Assembly (NCBI GenBank): GCA_051294905.1
Contig: CM119384.1
Span: 9,362,001 to 9,426,000, forward strand
Length of the DNA stretch: 64,000 nt
Direction of reading: 5' to 3'
From: Botryllus schlosseri
Lineage: Eukaryota
The first letter of the stretch is position 1. Each line of letters starts with the position of its first letter. A program made the translations under genes and the position numbers. The notes under the pieces are model-generated. The model worked only from the letters and a program-made list of their open reading frames with translations. It searched no databases and was not told the DNA's origin. Below are positions 1 through 13,355 of the stretch, one piece after another.

Positions 1-107
1 TTGTGCAGAGATATGGCTACAGATTATTTTCAGTGCTAAGAATTTACTCATTTTATTTTTTCTGTCTCAAGGGTTTGGAGGTGCATGACCCAGAACGGAT
101 ATAGACT

Positions 108-3100
108 ATGAGTTCCGAAATCGCTCAAATAAATGGCTCCAGTGAGTTCTATTTGTGGCAATTTTATCATTTTCATGTGTATTTTAACGATGATCTGTAT
201 TCTAGTTGGAGGCCAAGATGACATTCCATTGTACTCCGAGGCATTCCCGGCTTTGGCCACAGGAAACAGGTCCGGTAGTCCAACGGCAATTGTTAACGAA
301 TGGACGAATCAAAAAGTGCAGCGATTGAAATCCAGCATCGTTACCCAGGTATTGTGCCTCGATCATCTTTATAATTCTGCTGCGGAAAACAATGTTCTGT
401 TCTCTTTGAATGCTTAGTAACTTTCATACTAGTTACTAACAAACCTATTCCCATGTTTCAGCTTTTTCAAATCCCGATGGAGGAGAGAACTTTCAAGCAC
501 ACCGAGAATTTTGGCCAGTCCCAGCAAGACCAAAACAAAGCTTGTCTGGATATCATGCAAAGAACGGGCGCCCACATTGAAATGTCGACATGTAAAGACG
601 GATCACTCTCGTTGCTGGTCTCTGGTCAAATGGAAATGGTGCTGAAGGCTAGAAGGGAGATTTACAACAAGCTGCAGACACAGGTGTGTATTTCCACGGT
701 GTGAATATGCCAGAAAACGACATGTGTACATTTGTTACAGGCAAGGATTACACTGGACATACCGAAGGAACACCACCGTGTTATTCTCGGAAAAGGTGGC
801 ACCCGATTGCAAAAGCTTGAATTGGAGACAGCGACCAAGATCAATGTTCCAAGACTGGAGGATAATAGCCGCTCGATAACGATCATTGGTACCCAGGACG
901 GCATAAGTCGAGCACGGCATGAAATTCAACTGATATCAGAAGAACAAGTGAGGAATCCTGTGTTTTGTTCGTCAACAATACCCGGTGATATATTCATATT
1001 GAAATAAACTCTAAGCGGTTGTTCGTGTCGATTATTCGACTTTTCATACCTGTGATGTCATATTTAGTGATACAACTGTTGATTTACAAAGCTCTTATGA
1101 ACTCTCCACTAGTTGTTGACAATTACCCCTGACTAGTGTCAGCCAAGAATATTCAGATTGATTTCAATATAAATATTAGTTAATTGTATATTGTGAATGT
1201 ATTCAATTGTCTAATTCTATAACTTCTGCACTGCATCTCCCACTATAGCAATCTACGAATCTGTTTTCCAGTCGAAGCTTGCTATCGAGAGACTGAATGT
1301 GGAAAAAGAGTTTCACCCGTTCATTAGCGGGCCGAGGAACGAACTTGCGCAACGTGTTGAGAAGGTGTGAATTTCAACTTATTCCTGGTTGCTGTCTTGC
1401 ATTGCGGGGCTGGCGCTTTGCTGCTATTTTGCCATCTTAGCTACAAGTTGTTGCATCGTTCATATTATACATGTAATTCCCTCTGTGTGTGATCATGAAT
1501 TGATATTTTGTAGGAACACTCGGTACGCATCCATATACCACCGCCAAGTGTCAAAAAGAATGAAATCGTTGTTACTGGTGAAAAGGAAGGCGTGATCAAA
1601 GCAGTGAAAATCATCCAGGATATGTACCACCGAAAGGTATTGTATATATACTTTTATTGTGTGGTGATGAGTTTACTAAAACCGCATTTTTGCTTCCAGA
1701 AATCTCGCTGCACGGTTATCAACATTGAAGTGAACAAGGCCCAACATAAATATATCATAGGTCAGCGTGGATCGACATTGCAGGTGTGTGCTCGTGCTTC
1801 TGATTTGAATGTGAAATAACATTCATCAAGTCGACTGTCATTATGACGTGGTGAAATCAGGCTCTTTGTACCAGGAAGTGTGAAATGAAATGTGTTCCTG
1901 TGTACAGAACTGGCGTTGCCAGCTGTTCAACAGAAGTTGTTGATACTGCATTCTTGGTCGTTTTCCGCCTGTATTTCATCACAACTGATTTGCCAGAATG
2001 CCTGTAACGTTGCCAGATGATCTGATTCAACATAGCCGTGATCTGTAACTGATGAAAATGACACTTGGTCTTTGATGTCACATTGGCAACCCCTCTAGTG
2101 TTTTAATTAGCAGTACGCATATGCATTAGCGTCTTCGTAAGCAACTGTCATTTTGCTTGAGGGAACTGAATAAGGTATAGCAAACATATATTATGCTGAC
2201 CTGTCGTGAAACTGAAACTACATGGGGTATTTTACTGCTGACCGAGCTACTGTAACAATGGGAGAAGTCTGTGATATGTGATGCAGTTTGCAGTGTTCTG
2301 TATCATTATGTTGAATTTCATTAGGACATCTTGGCCGAGGCTGAAGTGTCTGTGGAGGTGCCACCTAGCGATTCGACATCCGAAACTGTTACGCTGCGAG
2401 GTGAACCAGACAAACTTGGACCGGCATTGACCATCGTTTACGCCAAGGTAAATTACCCATAGCTTTATAGGGCGTTGTGCACCAACGGCTAAAACGGCAT
2501 CGAATGTATTACCAGGCGAACAGCGTCGTTCTCCGTGAGGTGCACGTGGACGCTTGGCTGCACAAATTCATCATCGGCAGGAAGGGTGCTAACATCAACA
2601 GCCTGACGCAGAATTTCAAGAGGGTAAGCACGATTTTCAGTTTCGAAAATGCTCTGGTATCTGTGAAACGCCGTCGTTTGCCAGGTGAATATTGAATTCC
2701 AATCGGAAGAGAACAAAATATTAATCGAAGGACCGCCGGAGGAGGCTGACGTTGCTCAGGACGCCTTGCAGCAAAAGGTGGACGAACTGGTAAGGCCGCG
2801 ACTGAAACGATCGTTATATGTGATGAGTTCTTAATGCTTGATAATACATTTACAGAAAAAAACAATGGCATTCGCCGAAGTGAACGTGGATGTGAAGTAT
2901 CACAAAAACATCATCGGAAAAGGCGGACAGAACATCAACAACTTACGGGACAAGTACAAGGTGGGCTGCTTTTCTCGCTGCTTGATTTGTGTTTTGCGTT
3001 CTCAGTGCTTGGTGATTATCTCTGGTCTTGGTGCAGGTTAACATCCGCATTCCTCCCGACAACGAGAAAAACCCGACAATCCGTATTGAAGGCGACCCAG

Positions 3101-6100
3101 ATGGTGTCACAGAGACCAAGAAAGAGCTGATGGAGATTTCGAAGCGTATGGTGAGATTTAGAATATGTGCCGTGTCAATGGTTCTGAAACGTGAGAAAAT
3201 ACCTCGACGGTCCGTTCGCAATTGTTTGAATGACTCAGAGTCCTCTTAAAAAATCAGCAACAACTCTTTTTATGGTGTCAATGGTGCCTATGTTCAGTTC
3301 CCTTTTGGGTAATTATAGCGAGAATCACGTTCAACTGGTTTGAAGCTTTTGGCTTAATGGCGAGCAGTGCTGAAAATGTGAATTCACGTTTGTGTTGGGA
3401 ATGGAATTATTACTTTTGACGCGAACTTCAAAATGTAAGGGTGGTTTGTTTTAATTCAATCCACAAGTCATTGCAGATAACTACTAGGGATGGTGTGAAC
3501 CTCGAAAAGGTTCAGGTTCGTGTGAACGTGAACCTTTTTGAAAGGTTCTGTATGAACGTGAACCTCGTGACGTCATATTGCTAATTCCAACCCTGTATTT
3601 CAGTGAAGCGATAGCGTTAATTAATGTACAACTCGGACCACATAATGCCACAATGCTGAAGTACAAATTGACGTTTTAAACCTCGCAAAATGTATCTATC
3701 AACTGGAGCAATGAAATGATTTAATAATCCCATAAGATCGAAGATGAATTGCGAGGGAATATAAGCTTACGCCTTACGGCCTAGCCCAGACCGGACAACG
3801 TTTTTGGCGTCCGAGTATTGCTACGTTGATCTTGAGCAGAGTGTAAAACGGGTTTCTATATTTGCTACTGACATTACCCAATTATCAAGTTATACCTCAG
3901 TCGCACAGATTTGGTTTTTATGATACAATAAACATGAAATCAAGATTGAATCCGTGCGCCTGCTAGATTTTTTACATCATACAACGATATCAATTTCATC
4001 GATTGGTTTAATATGCATCATTCGGTGACTAACCGCATCTAGTGTATTTCGCTCTTGATGTTGTATGATTGCGGGTCAAGCTCACACCAGAGAGTCACTA
4101 AATATTCACAAACGGAAAGCTAGCTCTTTCGAGCAAACCTTAGTAACGAAGCAACTAAAATTTTAGAGATTGTCAAGGTGTATGCTTGTTTAATGTTGAT
4201 TGTTTTTTATGCTGCCAGAGCCATGCATAGAGTGGCCCGGAGTTGAAATGCAATACATTTCAACCAAAGATGTTATAATATAGTGATAATTGTAATATAT
4301 GAAAAAGGTTCACTTTGCAGTTTAACCTACCAAGGTTCGTGAACCTGAACCTCTTAAATTTCTGAGGTTCACACACAGAACGCGAACGTGAACCTCGCGT
4401 TCACACCATCCCTAATCACTACAAATTTGCGGGTTTGGTGAGAATGGCTCATGTGCGATGCCTGTACTTTCAGTACCTGATGTTTGATAATAATATGCCT
4501 CATTGATTTTCGACTTGAATACAACTGGAAAGGCCCAGAACTGTTGTTCATCTTCATCCCGTTTTTTCCACATTTCAAAAGCTTGCCGAGCGGGTACTCC
4601 TTTGTCAACTAAACCTGGAATACTGGGTGCAATTATTATGCGCAAGCGTGTTTTTTTGCAGTAGCGCGCCGACTCTAATTAACCGACGCGATGTTTCAGG
4701 AAAACGAAAGAAGCAAAGACATCATGATAGAGCAACGATTCCACAAAAACATCATTGGCACGGGCGGCGAAACTATCAGAGACATCAGGAAGCAATTTGA
4801 AGATGTAAGCGAATCACCAGATTGGTTGGAGGTCCGGGTAGTTATGTGACAATATGATTCGTTGTTGCCAGGTCGCCATCAGCTTCCCAGACGCTTCTGC
4901 GAAGAGCGACGTGGTCAATCTGCGTGGGCCGAAACAAAATGTGGAGAAGTGTTTTAAATACTTGAAGCAACTGAGCGATGATATGGTAAGCCGCTCGGTT
5001 CTGATTTGCGTAGTAGTGCTGTTAGTGGCGGAGGCGTTTGAGTTGACCAGTGCCATAACCAAACGGTTCTATTTATGATGTCACACATGGGTGGATCAAT
5101 TTTAATCAATACAAATTTGAAAATGTTTGTATCCCTTCATCTGTCCGAAGGCGTCGTGGGATGTCTGAAACAGCATTACATTATAACAAATTCTGGTTAT
5201 AAGCAAGCCAGATTTTCGCGAAACCTAGTCCTTTCAATGACCCATATTTTCAGAGCTGGTCGTATAGCAGATTTGTCGATTGTGTTTGAAATATGATCGA
5301 TCGTGATGACAAGATGTAATCGACTGCGATTATTATCGATACCTGCACCCATGATTGGCCAGTACCTCTCAAGAGGAGAATCAAATGATTATTGATTAAC
5401 TGTCCCCACGTATTTGTTATGCAGAACTTGACGAGCAAACAATTGTCGTTATCGATTGCTCTTGTGTACTCGCAGACCGCCAAAAACTACAGTATTCAAG
5501 TGCCGATATTCAAGCAGTATCACAAGAACATCATCGGCAAGGGCGGAGTCAACATCAGAAAAATCCGAGAAGAGACCAACACTCAGGTACTGGATAGCGC
5601 TTGGACGTTTTCCAGCGGACGTTTGTCAGCGAAATTTTGCGCTCTTCTAGATCGAACTGCCGACGGAAAATTCTGAGAACGAGGTGATCAAGATAGTCGG
5701 AAGAAAGGAGGATTGCGAAAAGGCGAGGAAGATGATCCGGGATATCGAGAAGCAATTGGTAGGTGACTTTGGGCGCTTTCTGTGTTGGTGTTGGGGCTGA
5801 CCGGCCGTATGTATGTATGTCTGTATCGAACGTTGCTGTGGCTTGAATTATGCTTTCGGGCTGGGTTACTCACGGAAATATTGTTGATATCGAGTGGTGG
5901 CGTTGGAAATTAGATTCATGCATGGAATTAGTTCCAGCGTTTTCACTATAAGGTACCTGGAAAAAATTATTGTAATATTGTTTCCATATGCCCGAGACTG
6001 GCTTGAGCACACCATGCTCAATTTCATGTGTTCTAAGATCATCTCATTTTAGTTCTCCAGACGCAGATGTGGTCAAAGTAGTCAGCTTTGCTTCATTAAG

Positions 6101-9100
6101 TAGAAGTAATGGTATAAATTTATACTTGATTACAAGTAGCAAATATTTTCACGACATGTTAAACTACTTGGTGGAAGTAAAAATGGAGAGGTTTGAGAAG
6201 TATTCGGTTCAGTAGTTTTGTAAAGTAGATATTGTCGAGGGATCGCATGCTTTTAACAGGTAATCGGGGGTGGCCACTTTTGAAACCTGGTGCAAAATGA
6301 CTATAATGACACTACAAACAGATAGAATCTTCGAACATATGTTCCGTTACCATGATATTTTACGCGATTCTTACGAGAATTTCGTGCTGCAAAAATATCC
6401 CAGAACACTCATCATTATTATGCATCTGCAGATCGACGTCGTGGAAGAGACCATCGTCGTCAGCCAGAAGCTGCACAACTCTATGATCGGCGCTAAAGGC
6501 AAATTCGTACGTTCGATCATGAACGAATGTGGAGGCGTCCACATTCACTTCCCGACTGAGGGCTCCGGCAGCGACAAGGTGGTCGTGCGCGGGCGCAAAG
6601 AGGACGTAGCCCGGGCCAAGAAGGAGCTGCTGGACCTGGCGCAATCCCGGGAGCTGTCGAGCTTTGCCGTGGACGTCAAATGCAAGCCAGAGTTTCACCG
6701 GTTCCTGATCGGGCGCAACGGGGCCAATGTTCGGAAGGTTGGTGTTTTGTGAGGTCGCTGGGTTGAAACGTGGATCACGTGTGTCATACTGTTTTTATTC
6801 GTGATAGGTGAGAGAGGAAACTGGCGCTCGTATTATGTTTCCTCAGCAAAATGACGTCGAGAAGGATTCCATCTCGATTATCGGCAAGCAGGAGGAGGTG
6901 AAAAAGGCAGAGGCTATGCTGTTGGCGATGATCAAAGAACTGGTGAGTTTTGGCATTTGGAGGATTGACCTGCGGGCTCTTCGTTAGCAGTACATTGCTA
7001 GCCTAGAATACTTGAGTGGAAATCGCTGCTTCTACTTGCACGGGAGTAGAAATTTAAGACGTTAGGCCTACTTCTACTTCAGTGCCAACAATGATTTCTT
7101 CGTCCATCTCTGGTCGCTTTTGTCACTAAAACTGACCAGCCGGTTGAAAAACACGGTGATAATGATCGATGAGAGGCCCATTTCTGTTGTGACATGGAGT
7201 CTTTGTTTAATTTATCTGTCTACTTTTGTTTAGTGAGTTTAGGAACAACAGCAGAATGCGAATTTGAGACATACATTCCTTATTAATATACCGAGATAAC
7301 TGGAAACTGGCATAGTGAGGACGTCATTATTTACGCGACATCACCATGTCCAGTGGTTTTGTTTTTTTCATATTCAATTTTTTTGGTAATTTTCCGGCTC
7401 CCTCTCTGTGTAACCGCCTTAAATGAAACTCTGGCACACAAAAATTCATATCTTCAACTTTTTTCTCACAGGAAAACGTTGTGGAGATCACCACCGTCGT
7501 CCCGGTCAAGTACCACAAGCACTTTGTGGCCCGACGCGGCGCCGTGCTGCGTGAATTGGCTGAGGAGTACGGCGGCGTTACCGTATCCTTCCCAAGGCAG
7601 GGACAGGAGTCCGAAGAGGTTAAGATCAAGGGCGCCAAGGATTGTGTCGCCGCTGCTGAAAGCAGGATCAAGGAAATTGTGGATGATCTGGTGAGTCGGA
7701 CAGGGAAATTTTTATTCATCGTCTTTACGTTGGCTTGGGACCTGCACTGGAAAAATGTTGGTTGTCGGTAGCTGTGTTTTAGGGCGACAGCCGCCGATTG
7801 GGAGACAGGCAGGACCAAGGACGAATTGTAATTTTAGAATCCTGTGTTTCCAGGAGAATCAAGTCACCATCGAATGCATCATTCCGGAAAAGTATCACCG
7901 TACGGTTATCGGTACCAAAGGCGCAAACGTACAAACTATCACCTCAGAGTATGATGTCCAGATCAAGTTTCCAGACAGGCAACAACAACAACAGAGAGAA
8001 GCTGCCGGGGGTGGGTTGGCAATTCAGAAATCCAATGTTGATACTCCAACTATAAAACTACGTTGTCCTTATAAGATCTGTCCTGATTTTTGACTAATTG
8101 CACTCATATTGTTAACACAGATGTGAAAGGGCAGGGCTGATGTGTTAACCTTTTACTTTATTTATTTTAATCATTGGGTGGCTCATCAAGTGGTCCATAT
8201 GTCAGTGAGGCACAACGGTTGACTACCTTTTTGAGACATTAATTTCCCAGTTTTGTGGTTAGGACACTCGAGAATTTTGTTGAGTTCATAAAACTTTCTT
8301 GGACCCTGTCACAATTTTACATGCAACCATTCGGAAAAATATAAAGAGTTGAAAACTACTGCCAAAAAAATTAGTACCCCAGACTCTAGCATTTTCAAGG
8401 CAGTTAGGAACCTTTGATCAACATTGAACGTGGGATTCTTTCTAGAATCCGAGGAAAAAGTCCAATCTGAAAAGAGCGACATCATTTACATCACGGGCAA
8501 CAAGCACAAGTGCGAGGCCGCGAAAAAGGCCCTGCTTGAATCCGTGCCGATAGCGGAGGAGGTCAACGTACCGTACAAGTACCATCGCTTTCTCATTGGG
8601 CAGAAGGGCGAGGAGGTGCGTCGCTTCATGAAGACCTACGAAGTGAACGTCAGCATCCCGCAGGCCGACCAGGAGAGCGACGTGATCACGGTAAGTTGTT
8701 GGCGAGGTTGTGAGGTGTGGCTTTGTGTTCACCGGACACTTGCGGTTTAGATCACTGGCGTGGCGGAGAAAGTCGCGGACGCAAAGGAAGGCCTCGCTGC
8801 GAAAGTGAAGGAACTGGAGAAGGAAGAAGAGGACAGGGTATGTGTCCGGTATTTTTTTTCGCTGAAGGACTTTTGCAGTATTCAGATTGTGTATCGGCAG
8901 AGGTGGTGAAATTACTACGAAACTAGGCCTGGAATCCTTGCTTTCTTACTTGCTGGAAATCGCTTGACTACTTTTGTATGTCGGTGGAATATTCTGTTGC
9001 TATTGAAGCCTGCTGACCACTCCGTTTTCAGTCGAAGCTATGTCTGGAATACTTACCTTTTTACTCGAAAATCGCTAGTTGTACAATTTTAATGTAATTG

Positions 9101-11630
9101 GTAGAAATTTACGATGTTACTTCTACTTTTACTTGAATACCAACTGTGATTACTTTGACCACCTTTGTGTGTCCGTGAGATGGTCTGTTGCTAACTGAGC
9201 CTAGTGGTAATTTTTGGCTCTTTTCCTACGTTTTGGTTGAAGAGTGCTCACGGTGGGCCAAGGTGTGTGTGTGTGTGATCTTTATCGTATGAGTTCATAA
9301 AAATACTTCACACAATGAAGCTTCAATATGATTGATTTGACTTGTGTAGTGTGTTGAGGCGTTGGCAGAAAAGTATTGCAATTTGAAGTGTAGACATTTA
9401 TATTTGATTATCTTCTCTCCTTCGTCGAAAATTATGCGAGTCTATAATCACCCAGTGGCTTTCAGATTCCTGTACGCTGCGTAGAGTGTAGTGCTGTACG
9501 TACAGTAACGTTACCTTGATGCCGTGGGTCGTTCTGAGTTAGCTCCTTTATTTCACGGACAAGTGTTGAATTATCGTCAACTTTTGCCATTTGATCGCCC
9601 TACGTGTTAGATTTGATTTTGAGTCTTGGCAGCAATTTGATCCTTTTCAGGTATTGCGCGGATTCGTGCTAGAAGTGAACGTAGCCGCCAGTTATCACCC
9701 GACAATCATCGGCCGTCGCGGCGTGACCGTTACCGAGATCAGAAAGAAATACGACGTGAACATACAGTTTCCGGAAGCCGACAAAAGCGAGGTAAGTAGT
9801 AGCCCTGTCCAAGCTCCCCGTCTGAATCTCGCTGAAACGGTCCTGTTTGCTGGCGAATTTTAGGACGTGATCAAGATCATCGGGTACGAGAAAAACACGG
9901 AGCAGGCGCGCGATCACATTCTCGGCATCGTTTCCGAGCTGGAATCGCACGTCAGCCAGGACATTCACATCGACCGGCGCGTGCACCCACGGCTTATCGG
10001 AGCCAAGGGCCGGGCCATCAAGAAGATCATGGACGATTACCACGTAAGAATCCGCGGCTTGGAATTCAGAAGGGGTTTTCGTCTAATCCTGTCTTATTGT
10101 GGCTTCAGGTGGATATCCGATTCCCTCAAAACCAGGACCTTATCACCGTCACCGGGAAGCAAGACTGTGTGGAAGAGTGCATCGAGCATATTCTCAATCT
10201 GGAGGAAGAATACGTACGTACTCCTGTCGAGTAGTGACAGTCGATAACAAAAATATACTTCCTTCGCGCTAAGTGTTATTTTATCAACGTAAAATATAGT
10301 TTCCATACTTTCTACTGTGGAGACGTCGTGATCAGTCTTGGTTGTAACACGGCACCGGAAACATGTTGCACACACCTCCCGAGTATTTATGGAAACAATC
10401 GACCCATGCTATGAAGTATTCGACATGGGCAAGAAAGACAAATTACATTTAATGATGTGCAACTGGCATTGTTATTCTTATGGCCATATAAAGTACAGAT
10501 TTCAACTTTCCAGGCCATTATTACTCATATGACGTCATCGTAAGGGCACTTGAGTACTCGACTCTAAACTTACATTTTGCCTAGCCGTATTTGTTATCAG
10601 TTGGCATGCGATCCCCAACTCTTACCAAATGCATCACGGCTGTTCTTTCTTCATCGTGCGTATTCATTGCCAGATGCAAGATGTCGTGGAACGCGAGGAA
10701 GCCAATCGCTACACGCGAGCCTCACAGAATCGGCAAGGTAACCGCGGGCCCAGAAGTGGCCAGGAGGCTTTCATGGTTAGGGATGCGCCATGGCACCAAC
10801 AGGTACCATTTTCGGATAGCATGCCATTTGTGGTACGACATATGTTTGGATTTTTAAATTTTGCTGGAAACGTTTTTCCACTGCGAGACCAGTCGAAAAT
10901 GATTTCGGTACGTCTCGTATCTGCAACTCGTTGCAGTTGTAACATATACCGATACAGACCATTTTACTTCCGGTCTCAGTTCTTTGTTTGAGTTTATTGA
11001 ATATTTCATTTGACGTGTCTGCCTAAAAAATGTGCAAAACTGCTTGCTTTTTCCGTTTTGTAAAGTAGAAGTAAGCAGTTTTATGGCACGTTTGCATCAC
11101 TTTTGCGAAAGAAATTGTCATAGCGAGCTAGGGGTAACACCGTAACTCAATATGTTATCGAAAGATGCACCTATCAGTAGCGTCATTAGACGTTTTGAGT
11201 CAGTCACAAATGTTCTGAGATGTACCTTTTAGTGGGACTTTTTAGTTTGATCTACTCTTGAAACTACTTGCGTGCTTTTCATTTTATACTTCCACACTGA
11301 AAGTAGTTTTGACATGCTTGAAAATCACAACTCCACTTGTCATTAAGTGGAATTTTTTTCATTACCACTACTTCATTAGCAACCCTGACTATTTAACCCC
11401 CTGTTGTTGCTTGACATGTAATTCCCCGTCGCTATTCTGACAATGTGTCAGTCACTCGCGAATATGCACCAAGAAACTTTCGACTATCAAACTCGAACAG
11501 TCATGTTCAATGCGTACTCATTTGTTTCAAGGTTGATACCAACAGTATGGACGACTTCCCGAGTCTGAGTGCTTCCAGCGACATGGGCAAAGCCCAGTAC
11601 GGCAGCTCCGCATGGGGTCGCAAACAGTGA
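108..11630 (+). CDS. HDLBP: Vigilin (high-density lipoprotein-binding protein), multi-KH RNA-binding protein; 27 coding exons, about 1233 aa
   Basis: Exons joined through GT-AG sites with consistent phase: 108-141, 206-348, 462-683, 741-947, 1272-1364, 1514-1636, 1700-1783, 2325-2447, 2516-2623, 2685-2789, 2856-2960, 3037-3150, 4700-4804, 4872-4985, 5476-5586, 5651-5758, 6432-6737, 6808-6942, 7472-7690, 7854-8010, 8446-8690, 8751-8837, 9651-9791, 9864-10043, 10109-10213, 10674-10802, 11532-11630 (3702 nt, ends TGA). Starts MSS. Repeated KH loops (HHRVILGKGG, HKYIIGQRG, HKNIIGKGG, HNSMIGAKG, HKHFVARRG, HPRLIGAKG), ECGGVHIHFPTEGSGSD, and vigilin-type tail FMVRDAPW...DDFPSL...WGRK. Confidence 0.97.
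3485..4414. mobile_element. Non-autonomous hAT-like element (family A) in vigilin intron 12
   Basis: 16-bp TIR TAGGGATGGTGTGAAC (3485-3500) / GTTCACACCATCCCTA (4399-4414); 8-bp TSD ATAACTAC / ATCACTAC (7 of 8); subterminal repeats of GTGAACC/GGTTCAC; no transposase ORF. Confidence 0.85.
8898..9167. mobile_element. Small TACTT/CTACTT-rich hAT-like MITE (family B)
   Basis: Ends CAGAGGTGGT / ACCACCTTTG; flanks TGTATCGG / TGTGTCCG (6 of 8). Related CTACTT- and GGAAATCGC-containing pieces at about 7010-7085, 33040-33140, 46221-46407 and 49368-49560. Confidence 0.55.
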
Positions 11631-13110
11631 AGCCTGTTGCATTATCATCGATCTTCCCGATCGAGACGTCATCGTACGTGAACTTGTAAGAATATTGAAG
11701 AGACAAAATTTTATTTTACTGTATTCTACATCCGGTGGTAGTATCATCTGTGTTGCTAATGTATGTTGAAATTTGCTGCCAAACGAAACGGGCGCATGCC
11801 TTCGGTTTCTTGATTATAACGAGCCCGCCCTCGGTGGAGTTGTGCCTTATTGAGGAGGGTTATGTAAATGTTCGGGCTGGCCTACTCTTTTGCGTGAGAT
11901 CAAATAGTACTGTGCAATATAGTGGAATCAAGATGATCTCGGCCCTGCTATTGTATCAACGTTTCTTATCGTGCGAACAGCCGAACGAACTTTTTATTAT
12001 TGTCGAAGAAGTTTGTTGTTGACATTGTGCCGAAGTAGGCGTTTATTGATGTGATTTGCCTACAATCGTGATGACCGCTCTGTCCTTGATGATCCACCCG
12101 TATATTACAAACCGTCTTGAGCAATAGGTCTGTACTTCCAGCTGTGAATAGTTGGGGGAGGGGTAGACTTTGATGTTTGCTATCAGGAATTAAGGGTGAA
12201 CTGTATTCTTACTGTGTTTTCTTGTGAGAAAATTACGCGTGTGTTGTTGACACGGACAAGGAGATGGCTATTGCATGGTTAGTTGAGGCAGTTTCTGTCA
12301 GTCGAGTCGCTTTATTTCAAACGCGTGACGAGCTATTCGGCTCGAGGAAATACACTTCCTTGAATGGTGTGGTGGGATGTGAAAGTATGTTTTCCGCGGG
12401 CGAAAGGCGAGGCTTTCATAATGACTTTTCGTGTAAGGCCAATAGGGAGGAACATGGAGCATTTCCGGACGCCGGAGGTGGCGAGATATCGCATGTCACG
12501 GCTACCCATGGCTGGGTAACGTTTCCCTCAATCAGGCTAGACCACAGGACTCTACTAACCGGGAGTTATGCATTTTACATACTACGCATTTGCAAGCTCA
12601 CATACACTCTGGGCCACAAACAAACAGTCTCATTCAGAAATCGCACGGAAATGATACAGGGTACAGAAATATATGTCAAAAACGATCGACGAGTTGACCG
12701 AAATAGTGCCAAATTACTCCACATAACCTATATAAAGAAGAATGAGTTGCTGCAGTTCAATTACCCCTAGAATAAGCTGGAGGGAGTCTGGGGAAATTCA
12801 ATTTTTTCACTGCGTGAGGTGGTCGAGCAGCCCTAGTCCGCACGCTGATAAACTACTTTTAGAGTAACCTTAAATTCGGGCATTCGGCGGCCTACTGCCC
12901 TAGAAGCACTTGCTACTCATCTAAAATGAGCTGAAAGCAAGTTATCATTGTGATAAAGAAACAAAACCAAAGTGTCAACGTGACAAACGTAAAATTGCGT
13001 TGCTAGACAGCTTGAAAAAGTGCAAAAATTTGGCACCCAAATGGGCTAATCGCTTACAAAACTGATAAAAGACGAAGTATTCACTGTGATATGTAATAGG
13101 TAGAATCCAT

Positions 13111-13116
13111 TTTATT
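13111..13116 (-). terminator. Candidate polyadenylation signal (AATAAA on minus strand)
   Basis: TTTATT on the + strand, about 240 nt downstream of the stop codon of the candidate minus-strand terminal exon 13356-13557. Confidence 0.3.
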
Positions 13117-13355
13117 AAAGTCCTATTGTCTGACATTCACATTGCAAAAATACCGGTATCGATGAAAAAAAGGAACACCACAGCGAACAGACCGACAAAC
13201 AAAATAATGGACATTAGGGCATCAACGATATTAACCGATTTTTAATACGTAAAATTACCATATGCACATGAAATATTCGTATTTTTGCAAATTCAGGCAT
13301 GAATGCGAATTTGTCCAACACTATCAGACACAGACTACTGCATTGAGCAATACAA

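Noticed and set aside
8121-8140. Acceptor-like ACACAG-ATGTGAAAGGGCAG in a vigilin intron, possible extra exon
   Set aside because: No GT donor before an in-frame TGA, and the flanking exons already join in frame.
6360-10043. Long minus-strand ORFs (6360-6698, 7327-7818, 8442-8732, 9669-10043)
   Set aside because: Antisense shadows of GC-rich vigilin exons; no independent splice or start signals and no recognisable protein.
12264-12770. 168-aa + strand ORF downstream of vigilin
   Set aside because: No domain, no coding-like composition, no splice context; treated as a chance ORF.
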